DNA of 64,000 nucleotides from Octopus sinensis (Eukaryota): NCBI RefSeq assembly GCF_006345805.1, contig NC_043011.1, positions 55,440,464 to 55,504,463 of the forward strand, read 5' to 3'. Shown piece by piece: positions 38,437 to 50,218 of this stretch (position 1 is its first letter; each line of letters starts with the position of its first letter). The notes under the pieces were generated by a model. It saw only the letters and a program-made list of their open reading frames with translations, ran no database searches and was not told where the DNA came from. The position numbers and the translations under genes were made by a program.

Positions 38437-38807
38437 TTAAAATGACATTAACCACAATCCAAGAGAAAGAAGGAGGCAATGGCTTAGGGCTGCAATCGAT
38501 ACTGTTGCTGTTCGTATAGTCTTTCCTTCAAGGCAACGTTTATAAATGAAGCCTTTGACTTCGATACAACTGTGAGCAGGGTCGCAACAATGCGATGTGT
38601 GCATACAGTCCCCCCATTCATCAGCACAGCAACGTTGGTCGCTGCCACAGATCAGTCGGGTTACGCAGTGGTAGTCATAAATACAGGCGTAATTCATTGG
38701 ATTCTGAGTGCATCTGTAATTTGTTCCTGGATGTGCTTGGCTGCATTGGTGGCTGCAGCATTCGGAATCGTCGGAACAATCTTCATTCGACCATTTGCAT
38801 TTCGTTC
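38437..38807 (-). CDS. Exon 2 of a secreted/GPI-type tandem knottin (ICK) cysteine-rich protein
   Basis: Acceptor TTTTCTAG; phase-1 exon reads TKCKWSNEDCSDDSECCSHQCSQAHPGTNYRC TQNPMNYACIYDYHCVTRLICGSDQRC CADEWGDCMHTSHCCDPAHSCIEVKGFIYKRC LEGKTIRTATVSIAALSHCLLLSLGLWLMSF*; extends 36 codons upstream of the listed ORF with no stop. Confidence 0.88.
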
Positions 38808-39234
38808 CTAGAAAACCAAAATGGAAGAAGATAAAATATTATTATTATTATTGTTTTAACTTCAGATAAACAACAAAATATATTTCATTTCATGCATTCA
38901 TTGTCAAACTCATTAGCAGTGATGGCAATGGAATATTCTGCAACAAATTTGGGTGTAGGTTAGAAAGATACTTTATAAAGCCAGTATAGGCAGCAGTACG
39001 ACCCAGGAGGCAATGTATGCTGGTACTTAAACCTAGGAATGAACTGGTTTACATGTTATGAAAGTATTACAAAAAAACGGATTAAAAGAGTTGAAAAGAT
39101 AAGCAAGCTAACTCAATCCTTCATTAGTAAGCGTAGACATTTGATAAATCACGCTGTTCTAGGGATTATTTCTAACATAGTCCCAAGGTGACAGATTACA
39201 TTCTTTTTGGTGGAGGCATGCCTGTGAAACGGTT

Positions 39235-39850
39235 ACGCACGCCTTCGTAGACTGTGTGAGGAGTTGAGGGAGTTGATGGCCTTTGACGAACAACTGTTGT
39301 CGGATGCAGAAAGAGTACGACTCTCGTCTGAGTCCATGATAAAGATTCTACCACCTTCCTCTTTCGCCAAAAGAAAAGAAGGTAGCTTTTCTCTGCGTAG
39401 TAACCATACTAAAAGATGTGGCATGGAAGACGCGAGCAAAAGGGATTGCGACAGGTCAATTCATCTCCGGGCGTGGGCTGGTGAATTACTTCGCTACGCA
39501 TCTGTCCAGCAAGATCCGTCTGGAGAGGAGGAGCCTGCCGCAAAGAGCGTTTGGAAAAAGATGGACGTCAGTGGTAAGAAAGATGAGAAAGCCCTAGGCT
39601 GTGCTTGCATAAAAGGAAGGAAAAAGATTACCAAAAGGGATAACCAACCGGCGGGTTAACTCACTAACCCGGACCCAAAACTCATCCGATCATGATTTAT
39701 ATTTATATTTTTAACCCCCATTCACAATATATGTAAATCCATCCTGTTTTTCACACTGTATGTAAGAAGCGAGTTTGTACCCTGAATGTCCCTTGTCTGT
39801 CCTGGTAATGTCCCCTCTATGTAAAACCTTTATAGGTTAATAAAGAAATA
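39235..39850 (+). mobile_element. L1/Tx1-clade LINE 3' end (ORF2 C-terminus plus 3' UTR)
   Basis: Frame not in ORF list reads VVTILKDVAWKTRAKG...GLVNYFATHLSSKIRLERRSLPQRAFGKRW, the K-x-x-W-x-x-R and ER...F..RW pattern of Tx1/L1 ORF2 ends; UTR ends AATAAAGAAATA. Confidence 0.65.
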
Positions 39851-40170
39851 TCTTTTTGGTGGGGGAGAAGGAAGGAGTTAACTGATTAAATCAATCACAA
39901 TAGTTGACTGATGCTTCATTGAATCGACCCTGGAAGGATAAAAGGCAAAAATTAACCAAGGCATGATTTGAAATCAGAACAAAGAGTTATAATTAAATAC
40001 CACAAAGCATTTGTCTGACTCTTTAACAATTCTGACAATTCACAGCCCTTACTCTAGACACGAGAGCCAACAATTTTAAGTGAAGGGACTCCATTAAGAC
40101 TAGTGGCCCCCAGTACTTTCATTGGTTCTTTCTTTTATCAACCTTGGAGATCTGTGAAAAGCAAAGACGA

Positions 40171-40480
40171 TTCTATGGCTGGATTCCTTTCCTAATGCCA
40201 ACCACTCCAAGAGTGTAATGGGTGCTTTTACATGCTTCTAGCATGGGTGCCATTTGCGTGACCCCAGTATCTGCCACAACTACAATTTTATTTGAACTGA
40301 CAGGTCTTCTTCTCTAGCATGACATAATGCCAAAGGTCTTGGTCGTTCGTCATTGCCTCCAGGAGGCCCAACGTATGAAAGATGCCTTTTATGTGACACA
40401 AGCATCAGCCACAACGATTTCACTTGGCTTGATGGGTTTTCTCGAGCACAGCATATCACCAAAGATTCTCGGTCACTAGT
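40171..40480 (-). mobile_element. RTE LINE 3' UTR fragment
   Basis: CTGGATTCCTTTCCTAATGCCAACCACTCC core and downstream UTR. Confidence 0.7.
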
Positions 40481-40836
40481 CATATACATACATATATATA
40501 TATATATATAATCAATTAGCATTGGTGTGAGTCCAGCAACACCTCTGTTCTACCAATACATTCTAGAAAAACCTAAGAGAGTGATGTCAGAATAGAAATT
40601 CCATCTCCACACTGTTGGACAAGTTGTTAAAAGATGTTTAAGAGTGTGAACGTGATCCAAATGAATAGGCTTGCTTCCAATTTGTACATAGAGGCCAAGA
40701 ACTTCAGCTGGGCAAAGACACACTCGGAACTCAGTGTCATTCTGCAACTGCAGGGTTTCTTCATCAACCCTAGGCAACATCACCTTTTGCAGTATTAAAT
40801 GGTATTAATCATATATAAATCAAATCAAAATCAAAT

Positions 40837-41354
40837 TCGATGACTGGCGCAAAGAGCACCATACGAGTGTGATCGTTGACAGAGCGGCTAATCGGCTTCC
40901 GTGCCAGTGGCACTTAAAAGGCACCATTCGAGTGTGATTGTTACCAGTGTTGCCTTACTGGCACTCGAGCCCTGTGCTGGTAGGTTATTAAGAGCACCAT
41001 CCGAGCATGATTGTTGCCAGAGTGGCTATCTGGCCTCCGTGCCAGTGGCACATAAAAGACACCAATTGAGCGTGATCATTACCAGCATCGCCTTACTGGC
41101 ACCTGTGCCGGTGGCATGCGTAAAAGATTCAAGCGAGGTCGTTGCCAGTATTGACTGACTGGCCCTGTGCCGGTAGCACATAAAAAGCACCCACTACACT
41201 CTCGGAGTGGTTGGCGTTAGGAAGGGCATCCAGCTGTAGAAACTCTGCCAGATCAAGATTGAAGCCTGGTACAGCCATCTGGTTCGCCAGCCCTCGGTCA
41301 AACCGTCCAACCCATGCTTGCATGGAAAGCAGACGTTAAATGATGATGATGATG
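40837..41354 (+). mobile_element. RTE LINE 3' UTR with GTGCC-unit array and GAT tail
   Basis: Family core at 41190-41250; tail at 41335-41354. Confidence 0.8.
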
Positions 41355-41494
41355 AAATAATGATGATTTGCATATTTACTCTTCACACCTTCTGCAAAAT
41401 CTGAGTGCAGATATGCTAATTGCTGTTGTACATCACAGGGGAACAGTTTCTCCTTTTCACATCAACCGTGTTCATCATATTCATTTGATTCAGT

Positions 41495-41562
41495 GGTGCA
41501 AAGGATTCTGGGACATTGGTGTTTCGCTACCTTCTGTCTCATCAGCCAGAAGAACCTGCACC
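41495..41562 (-). ncRNA. Type I hammerhead ribozyme with intact catalytic core
   Basis: Minus strand GGTGCAG-GTTC-TTCTGG CTGATGA GACAGAAGGTAGC GAAAC ACCAAT GTC|CCAGAA-TCCT-TTGCACC; stem I 6+7 bp, stem III 3 bp with CCAA loop, weak stem II; predicted cleavage 41512/41511. Confidence 0.75.
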
Positions 41563-41713
41563 TTCAACTCTAAACAAGAGCTGATGGCTTTGTTTATAAT
41601 TTCAGTGAACAAATTGTTTGCTGATTCGTGCTGGTATTTGTCAACAAATAAAAATTTCTTATTTGTAATTGAATTTATCAGAATTTATTAAGAATAAATT
41701 TTTTTTTTTTTTT

Positions 41714-42033
41714 AATCCGCCGGTTACGACGATGAGGGTCCCAGCTGATACGATCAACGGAACAGCTTGCTCGTGAAATTAACGTGCAAATGGCTGAGCA
41801 TTCCACAGACACGTGTACCCTTAACGTAGTTCTCGGGGATAATCAGCGTGACACAGAGAGTGACAAGGCTGACCCTTTGAAGTACAAGTACAACTCATTT
41901 TTGCCAGCTGAGTGGACTGGAGCAACGTGAAATAAAGTGTCTTGCTCAAGGACACAACGCGTCGCCGGGAATCGAACTCACAACCTTACGATCATGAGCC
42001 AAATGCCCTAACCACTAAGCCACGCGCCCTCAC
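41714..42033 (-). mobile_element. tRNA-derived CORE-SINE (OK-like)
   Basis: Head GTGGCTTAGTGGTTAGGG...GAGTTCGATTCC; CORE TCCTTGAGCAAGACACTT; poly(A) end. Confidence 0.8.
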
Positions 42034-42534
42034 TAAGAATAAATACACAAGTCATCATTTCAGATCTTGCTGTTCACAGTGCATAGACAGCTATTTTAAT
42101 TTAACACTGCTTCTACAGATTTTTATTCAGCTCGGCACCTCTTCAATATCAGTGAACACTATTCCTTATTTCCTGTACATCAGAATTGACAATTCTTGTC
42201 TAAATCTATCAAGGCTGAAAATGCATTTTGCATTCCTGATTGATGCTGCTGGAGTGATTTTTGTCTCCTTCCGATATACATTCTGTTTTTTAAAATGGCA
42301 CATCCATAAATAGGTGTTATTTCTGGATGAATAGCACAGTCAATTGCCTTCCAATGATGTATTGCATTAAGTATGATACATAGATAGGTAATACATGCTC
42401 TATGTTCAATGATTAAGCGTTCTCTGTTAAATTCTGCAGCAAAAGAAATTATTATCATTGTCAGTAGGCAGAAATGTCTAATTAATACACAGACAGGCAA
42501 GAAAAATAGATGCGAAAAATGAAGATAAACTTAC

Positions 42535-42598
42535 CAGCTGGAACCTGGAGAATTAAAGCCATGAAGATGGCCAGCTGGAGTAATCTTTGATATATCAT
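42535..42598 (-). CDS. Exon 1 (signal peptide) of the tandem knottin protein
   Basis: ATG at 42598 reads MIYQRLLQLAIFMALILQVPA, then G|GTAAGT donor; phase 1 matches exon 2 (G|GA = Gly); joined CDS 435 nt = 144 aa. Confidence 0.8.
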
Positions 42599-43400
42599 AG
42601 TGATGATGATGATGATGTTGGTGGTAAGAATGACAGTGGAAATGTTGGAGAACTGTGCAAAATCTGCATTGCCACAGACAGTGGTAGATTTGAAGGTTAC
42701 TCTGATGTCAGCCTGTCCGAGTGGTTGTATTACAACAAAGAAGTACAAAGAAGGATGTGCTTATCACAACAAAGGTGGGATGCTTTGACTGTTCACAGGA
42801 CTATTACTCATGCTAGTATTCAGGTAAACATCTACAAAAGAAAAAGACCATCATTGTTATCTCTGATGATAATGATTGAGTGGGAGAGCAGTGCATGCCA
42901 TCAAAGTGACACTGGAATACAAACATATGAAGCCCAACATATCCATCACAACCATACATGTGTGACATGGTGATCTCATATCAAAAGAAATAGTACATGA
43001 CCTTCAAGCTGGGGCCCAGTTAGAGTTTTCTTCAGGTTGAATAGCCCATCCTGCTCAAAAGGTTCCTGAATAAGGTTTATTTAAGGATGATGAACAAAAC
43101 ACCCATGTTTCCAGGAGTGAATTATTCAAACCCCCAAAGAATCCCTCTCAACACATGGCTATGATGCTCCCCCACTACTTCTGCTCATGATCAGAGATGC
43201 ACATAGCATCAGCCACTAAGGGACATGCTCAACTGGTTATGGTCAAACAAAACAGTGGTATTGAGCAGAATATTTGCTGTTGCCCATCTTTTTTTATACC
43301 AAGACAAAACGATGTAGATGATAACACTTACAATCAGTTAAGATCAAAAGCCATTATTATTATTTCAAATACTATTAAAATCGCTGTTAATAATTTAAAT

Positions 43401-43780
43401 ACTCTTTTACTTGTTTCAGTCATTTGACTGTGGCCATGCTGGAGCACCGCCTTTAGTCGAGCAAATCGACCCCAGGACTTATTCATTGCAAGCCTAGTAC
43501 TTATTCTATCAGTCTCTTTTGCTGAACTGCTAAGTTACGGGGATGTAAACACACCAGCATCAGTTGTCAAGCGATGTTGGGAAGACAAACACACACATAT
43601 ATATATATACATATATACGATGGGCTTCTTTCAGTTTCCGTCTACCAAATCCACTCACAAGGCTTTGATCGGCCCAAGGCTATAGTAGAAAACACTTGCC
43701 CAAGGTGCCATGCAGTGGGACTGAACCTGGGACCATGTGGTTGGTAAGCAAGCTACTTACCACACAGCCACTCCTATGCC
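43401..43780 (-). mobile_element. OR-like SINE, full length
   Basis: Reverse complement of the 8187 family. Confidence 0.85.
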
Positions 43781-44412
43781 TGCTAAGAATATTTATCTTT
43801 TGGAAGTAATTTAATTTTATAATTCTTATGACTTCAGACATGTGACACTTTGCACTCTCAATGTCTTCTGAAATAATCATCTGGTCTCACAATGAAGGAA
43901 TTTCATCATTTTATGTTGGCTTTTCCATGCTGACATGGATTTGGTGGCTTCATTCCAACACTTCCAGACTTTGGAAATCTCTTTTGTGATGCCCAACATT
44001 CAAAGAGTTTGCTTCACTACTTTCTCCCATTTCTTCTTTGATCTTTCCTTTGTCACCAAAAGCAGTGCAATGTTGCACTTCAAGACAAAATAGCAGAATG
44101 GTTTCAGGTTAAATTGGATGGTGATTTGAAATTTCTCAGGCAAACTTGGCCATAAAGAATGTGCCTTGGGAGAATTTGATAGAGCAATTTGCATTCCATT
44201 CAGAGAATGGTTCCACATCAAAAATTCTGCTCCACTGGAACAAGTCTTCCTCTTCTACATGTACCTGACACTGACATCATTTGACAGATGTTTTATTTTA
44301 CCCATCTCTTGTCCTTCATACACCACACCTGACTGAAACAGAGCAATCATCTCTCTTACAACTCACGACGGCTTATTTCTCCACTTCTGACCTGTTCTCT
44401 TACTCTTTTCTC

Positions 44413-44799
44413 TTTTACTCTTTTAGTTGTTTCAGTCATTTGACTGCAGCCATGCTGGAGCACCGCCTTTAATCGAGCAACTCGATCCCGGGACTTATTC
44501 TTTTGTAAGTCCAGTACTTATTCTATCGGTCTCTTTTGCCGAACCGCTAAGTAACGGGGACATAAACACACTAGCATCGGTTGTCAAGCAATACTAGGGG
44601 GACAAACACAGACACACACATATATATACATATATACGACAGGCTTCTTTCAGTTTCCGTCTACCAAATCCACTCACAAGGCTTTGGTCGGCCCGAGACT
44701 ATAGTAGAAGACACTTGCCCAAGGTGCCACGCAGTGGGACTGAACCCGAAACCATGTGATTGGTAAACAAGCTACTTACTACACAGCCACTCCTGCGCC
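44413..44799 (-). mobile_element. OR-like SINE, full length
   Basis: Reverse complement of the 8187 family. Confidence 0.85.
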
Positions 44800-45457
44800 T
44801 ATATTCTGATGCAAACATTACACAACCATCAAAATATGCTGCCCTCATTTCTTCCCAGCTTTCACACACCATCCACATTCAATCTGCATGTCTTGCCATA
44901 TCAAAATCACAATTCAATTCAATGTCTGTTCAATATTGTAGGATGATAATGTTGGAGATGACTAATCTCTCTTGATTCCATAGACTGATGAGGTTGGAAG
45001 TTCTTTGGATTTTCAGTGAGAGTACAAGGCTCACCTCTGACTTTGATGCAAGACTGTCACAGACTAATCCCTACAACTGGGACTCAATATTAGCAGATGG
45101 ACTGAGATAATGGGAAATGAAGTACCTTGCTTAAGGACACAATACATTTTCTGGCCTGAGAATTGAACCTGCAACCTACAGCCTAACCACTTAGCCATGA
45201 GATTTCACTGTTGGGGACCTGGTACAAGATAATTTAGCTCTGATAAAAATAATGATTCAGAGGGAGGGGGTCAGTTGATATTATTGACCCTACTACTTGA
45301 ATGGTACCTTATTTATTGACCCCAGAAAAATGAAATGCAAAACTGACCTTGGTGGGATTTGAACTCAGAATATGAAGAACCAGAACAAATACTGCAAGAT
45401 ATTTTTCTAACACATTAACGATTCTGCTAGCTTGCCACCTTAGAACTGACGATTTAG

Positions 45458-45677
45458 CCCTTTCGTTACTGTATTTCTGTTGAGATGCTCTGTGTTTCTT
45501 TCAATTATTTTAAATATAACAAAGAATTTAGTAAAATAACTTAGTTATCATTAAGCAAGTGTTAGGAACATAAATTGTGACTAAGGTTTGGTGGAAGATT
45601 TTAATTCAACACTTATGAAAACAAAACATCTGTACTCAGAGCCAGCGCCGGTTTCAGCCGGGTTGGTAACGAAAGGG
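45458..45677. mobile_element. piggyBac-type MITE
   Basis: TTAG|CCCTTTCGTTAC ... GTAACGAAAGGG|TTAA. Confidence 0.8.
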
Positions 45678-46282
45678 TTAAATGCTATCTGTATGGAGTA
45701 GTTTCAGAAATAATTTGCCATAGTTTTGCAAAATGAAGTGAAACTGTTTGGCATGCACCTGGCTGTCCAGTTCCCGATTCTTAGAGAAAGAACTCTATGG
45801 TACTCTTATGTATCTCTTTCTGTCTTTGAAAATAACAATGTAAAGATACTACAGAATGTTAGCTTTCATACCAACCACAGCACTGTCATATAACAATCCT
45901 GACATGATTTTCCAAAGACAAAATAAGTTAATGGTCAATTTAACAATACTGAATGACTGCAATGTGGAGCAGAAATGAGCTGAAAAGCTGAGGAATTCCA
46001 AGAACTTAGCAGCTTTTGAATTAAACACATAATGGCAAATAAAGACTGTATAAATCTTTACATTTGTCATAGTAAATAAATAACACCACCACCACCACTT
46101 ATGTCATTATATTGACAATTCCCTGTCAAAGACAGACATTGGTACATTCTAGAAAACAGCAATGTTAATATCTGTAAATATTACTGGAACTTCTTGAACA
46201 TTCTGTTATGGAACACTGAGCATGTTTTAGATAGAGGTATGGCTGTGTGTTAAGGAACTTGCTTCTCAACCATATAAGTTAA

Positions 46283-46690
46283 GTTAAGTTAATTTTTTGG
46301 CTCAAAAAGCAAGGCCATATAGGGGGACATGGAGTTATGTACAAGGAGGGTGTTCATGCAAAGAGTTCAGGCCATTTCTGGTCAAGAGAGACTTTGAACC
46401 GAGCGGTCATCAGCATCTTCACTATCTCGTCTGGCAGCTTATTCCACGGATCCGCAACTCGGACGGAGAAAGCCCCTCTCCTTTGATTGAGATGAAATCG
46501 TCCCAGATAGAGCTTTTCGGAATGACCCCGCAGCCGACGCTCTGAAGCAGGAGTGAAGAACAGCTCTTTCAAGAGGTTACACTTCCCGCTTATGATGTTG
46601 TGAGCAAGAATGAGATCACCACGGCGGCAGTGTTTTTTTAGAGAATAAAGGTCGAGCGTCTTCAGCCTTTTTTTCATAAGACAAATGCTT
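46283..46690 (-). mobile_element. CR1-type LINE 3' end inserted into an OR-like SINE
   Basis: LDLYSL...RRGDLI...LRGHSEKL...FSVRVADPWNKLP...FKVSLD; (TTAAC)n tail; SINE halves at about 46235-46282 and 46700-47195. Confidence 0.85.
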
Positions 46691-46844
46691 GAGACCAAGA
46701 ACCATGTGGGTTCATATGGTTCTGGGGTTCAGTCTTTTTGCATGGTACCTTGGGCAAGTGTCTTCTACTATAGCCTTGGAGTCAAACAAAGCCTTGTGAG
46801 TGGATTTGGTAGATGGAAACTGAAAGAAGCCCATCATAAAATAT

Positions 46845-46983
46845 CATCATCATCATTTAGCATCTGTTTTCCGTGCTGGCATGTGTTGGATGGTTTGACT
46901 GAAACCAGATTCCAATCTGGTTTGGCATGGTTTTTACGGTTGGATGCCCCTCCTAGCACCAACCACTCCAAGAGTGTAGTGGG
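46845..46983 (-). mobile_element. RTE LINE 3' UTR fragment nested in the SINE microsatellite
   Basis: (CAT)n tail and TTGGATGCCCCTCCTAGCACCAACCACTCC core. Confidence 0.65.
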
Positions 46984-48281
46984 TATGTGGGTGTGTGTGT
47001 GTCTTTGTTGTTACCCCCACCACCATATAACAACCGGTGTAGGTACATTTACATCCCTGTAACTTAGCAATTCGAGAAAAGAGACTGATACAAGCACCAG
47101 GCTTTGAAATATAAGTCCTGGGGTCAATTTGTTTGATTAAAATTATTCAAGGCGGTGCCCCAGTATGGCCACAAACTAATGACTGAAACAAGTAAAAAAA
47201 TTTTTTTAAATGTTTCTCATGTTGTACATAGTTCTGTGGTCAAGACGTTTGCTTTGTAACCGTCTTGTTTTAGGTTCAATCCCTCTGGGTGGAAGTTTAG
47301 GCAATTGTCTTTTATCAAAGCTTTGGATTGTTCAAAACTTTATAAATGAAATTATTGGTGGGGTGGGGGTGAGGGGTTAGACTTATTCCATTGCCCAGTT
47401 CGACATCATCACGAGTCCCAAAGAGGGCACATTTAACAGAATCTGCTTTTTCGCTAGGTCTTTGATCCAAGGGTAACTTCCTCCCAACTTTGTCAAAGAC
47501 TCTGAAAAAGGTCAGAGAGGATCTTTCCTTCTCTGATGAAACATTTAAGCAACCCTCAAAAGTTCTTGATCTATTTTACAAACAGTGAATAATAAAGGTT
47601 ATATCTAAAGACAATAGCAATGATTTCCTGTGTAGAAGAGGGGAGCATTGATTAAATAGATCCCAGTATATAACTGGTACAAATTTCTACAGTTGAATAC
47701 ATTTGTGAAACAAAATATAGGTTTATGGAAATTTTTTTAATGCTAGGAGACAGACAATTTAAAATACAAATATATCTGTATATCTGTGTGTGTGATTTAT
47801 ACAGCAAAAAGAGAGATTTTTGTTTGAGACTAAATTCCTCAGAGAATGGCTCCTTATATGTTTTGGTGTACAGGAGTGTGTTAAAAAAAATGTACACATC
47901 ATTACCCTAACCCTCACTACTTTGTGTGCTTATACTAAATAAATTCCAGCTTGATACACCTGAGTACACATCAACCAACGCATTGTTTACTGTTTCTTAT
48001 ATTTAAGGTATTGTGTAGTTAAGAAGCTTGCTTTGCAACCATGTGATCTCAAGTTCAATCCCATTGCATGCCATCTTCTACTATAACCCTGCATCACAAT
48101 CTCCATAACAGCTCAGCCAGATTTCTTTTATAGCTACTCTTTACTCTGCAGACTTAGTCTTTGATAAAGATTTTGGAGTGTAAATTTAAATCATTTGAGT
48201 ATTGCTACAGGTTTTCTGAGCATTTCTGGACCATCATCATCATCATTATTATTATTACTATTATCATATATATAATATATA

Positions 48282-48870
48282 TATGGCTCCCTCTTCATGG
48301 TGGGAGCTAAAACCGTAGCCTCCATGTATGCCATGGAAGCCCCCGGCATGTTGTCCAACATGTCCATTGAAGTCACCAGCCACAAAGAGAAGGTCCCTGT
48401 CATTCGTCAGCACGGTAGTCTGCAAGAGGGTGTCATAGAATCAGTCTTTCTGTCCATCGGGTAGCCCTGGCTGAGAGGCATAGGCCGAGAGAATGGTTGC
48501 CAGCCCATGATGGAGCACTAATCTAATCTTAAGTATTCTGTTGCATACTCTGACTACCTCAATTACCTTATCTACCCATTTCTCCGCAAGAAGTATACCC
48601 ACGCCCCCGGCCCCGTCAGTGTTCCCTGCCCAGAAAATCTTGTACCTGTGTTCTTTGCCTGTGAGGAACCTAACGGAACCTCCTCTCCACCTTACTTCTT
48701 GGATGCAGCACATATCGACACATCTCCGTTCAAGCATCTCAACAATCTCACCAGACCTACCTTTCAGTGTGCCAACATTGTGAGTGCCGACCCTGAGGGT
48801 GTGGGAGGTATGGGCCCTTGAGACCCCGGGGCGGGGGACAGTGGCGTCATGTACCTGAAAAGAGAGCTCG
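48282..48870 (-). mobile_element. RTE LINE apurinic endonuclease fragment
   Basis: VGTHNVGTL, CCIQEVRW, GGVGILL, SAYASQ, AGDFNGHVG motifs. Confidence 0.9.
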
Positions 48871-49898
48871 CATTTGGCAGAATTCATAAACAATAGTCTT
48901 AAGTTCAACCTGTGTACACTACACTATCATATTTTGCACTGTATGATCACTACCTTATATAGTAGGGGTGGGGATGGCGTAAGGCCTTTAGAAGTGTTCA
49001 TGAGAGACAATCAAAGGAGGATAAAAAAGTAAGGGCTTCCGGTGGAGGGGTGGGAGGGCGAGGGCACTACAAACTAGCAAGTATGGATGAGCGCATCTCC
49101 AAGGTACATATTCTTTAAGAGAGACATAGCGAGACAGAGAGAAGGGGGTCAGGATACGAGGGAGAAATATATAATTTGGGATTTGAGTGGCATAGTTAAT
49201 TTAACGAGACAGCAAATGTTGATAATAGTAAATAGAATTGAAGAATCTGAGAGCCAGTCTAAGACAAAATTAGAACCGAATGAGTGTGTGATAAACTTTC
49301 ACAGATGAGTGAATGAATATGTTGCAGTTAAAGAAATGCGTGAGCTAAGGTTATCTTAAGGGAACAACAAGTAAGACGAAACTATAGAACTATATTTACA
49401 TGATGACATGGTGCTGAAATAGACAGAATAGAAAGAATTAAGAAAGGGTTTATGATATGCGCAGAAACAGAATGTGGGCATCATCTGGGATTTGAATTTT
49501 ACAGCCAAGGTATTTATATTGAAAAAAATCTCCGTGTATTGAATGCATATTTCTTTGTTGAGACAGATATTAACATTCACCAATATATCATCATCATCAT
49601 CAGTTAATGTCCCCTTTTTCCATACAAGCATGGGGTCATACTGAATTTGTTGAGATACATTTTCCTGTTGCCAACTGTCACCTGTTTCCAAGGAAGGTCA
49701 TATTTTCTCATGGCTAGACAAGATTTTCTGTGGAAGAAAGAAATCAAACAACCCCGCTTGTTTGATGGTGATGCTTGTTTACAACCATCACATGATATCA
49801 GGACAATGTCATACGTGCACAGTTATTGGTTACCTGATGTCATCATACAGTGAAAATGCTAGGAATTCCAGAGCATCTGTAGGGTTCATATAAACAGA

Positions 49899-50218
49899 CT
49901 AGCACTATGACCCTGCGTGCGTACATACAAGCGAGTACTGTCCAAATCTCCGACCAATCACATACAGTTAATTGGCGTATCAAGTTTCGGGCATTTTGAT
50001 TGGGTTTTGGATAGAAAATTCACAAAAATGTCACTTCTATTGATTTTTTAATGGCTTTGTGGGGTGACTGGGGGAAATGTAAAGATGTGCACGACCACCC
50101 TTAGATGGTTTTGAATGACCATAGAAAGTGCAAGCCCCCTAACTGAAAAATTGTGGATTTGTATAAAGGACACACACACATACACAGACAGACATTTTGC
50201 CATTTATATATACAGAGA
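49899..50218 (-). mobile_element. Non-autonomous Helitron with half the hairpin deleted
   Basis: Homologous to 28382-28746; CTAG at 49899, TC end at 50218. Confidence 0.8.

Noticed and set aside
38572-38834. Plus-strand 79-aa ORFs
   Set aside because: Antisense shadows of the knottin exon
39264-39659. 131-aa plus-strand ORF as a host gene
   Set aside because: The adjacent frame carries L1/Tx1 ORF2 C-terminal motifs; this ORF is a frameshifted LINE remnant
40550-40783. 77-aa minus ORF in the knottin intron as an extra exon
   Set aside because: No Cys pattern or phase-compatible splice sites seen; weakly resembles a decayed RT segment
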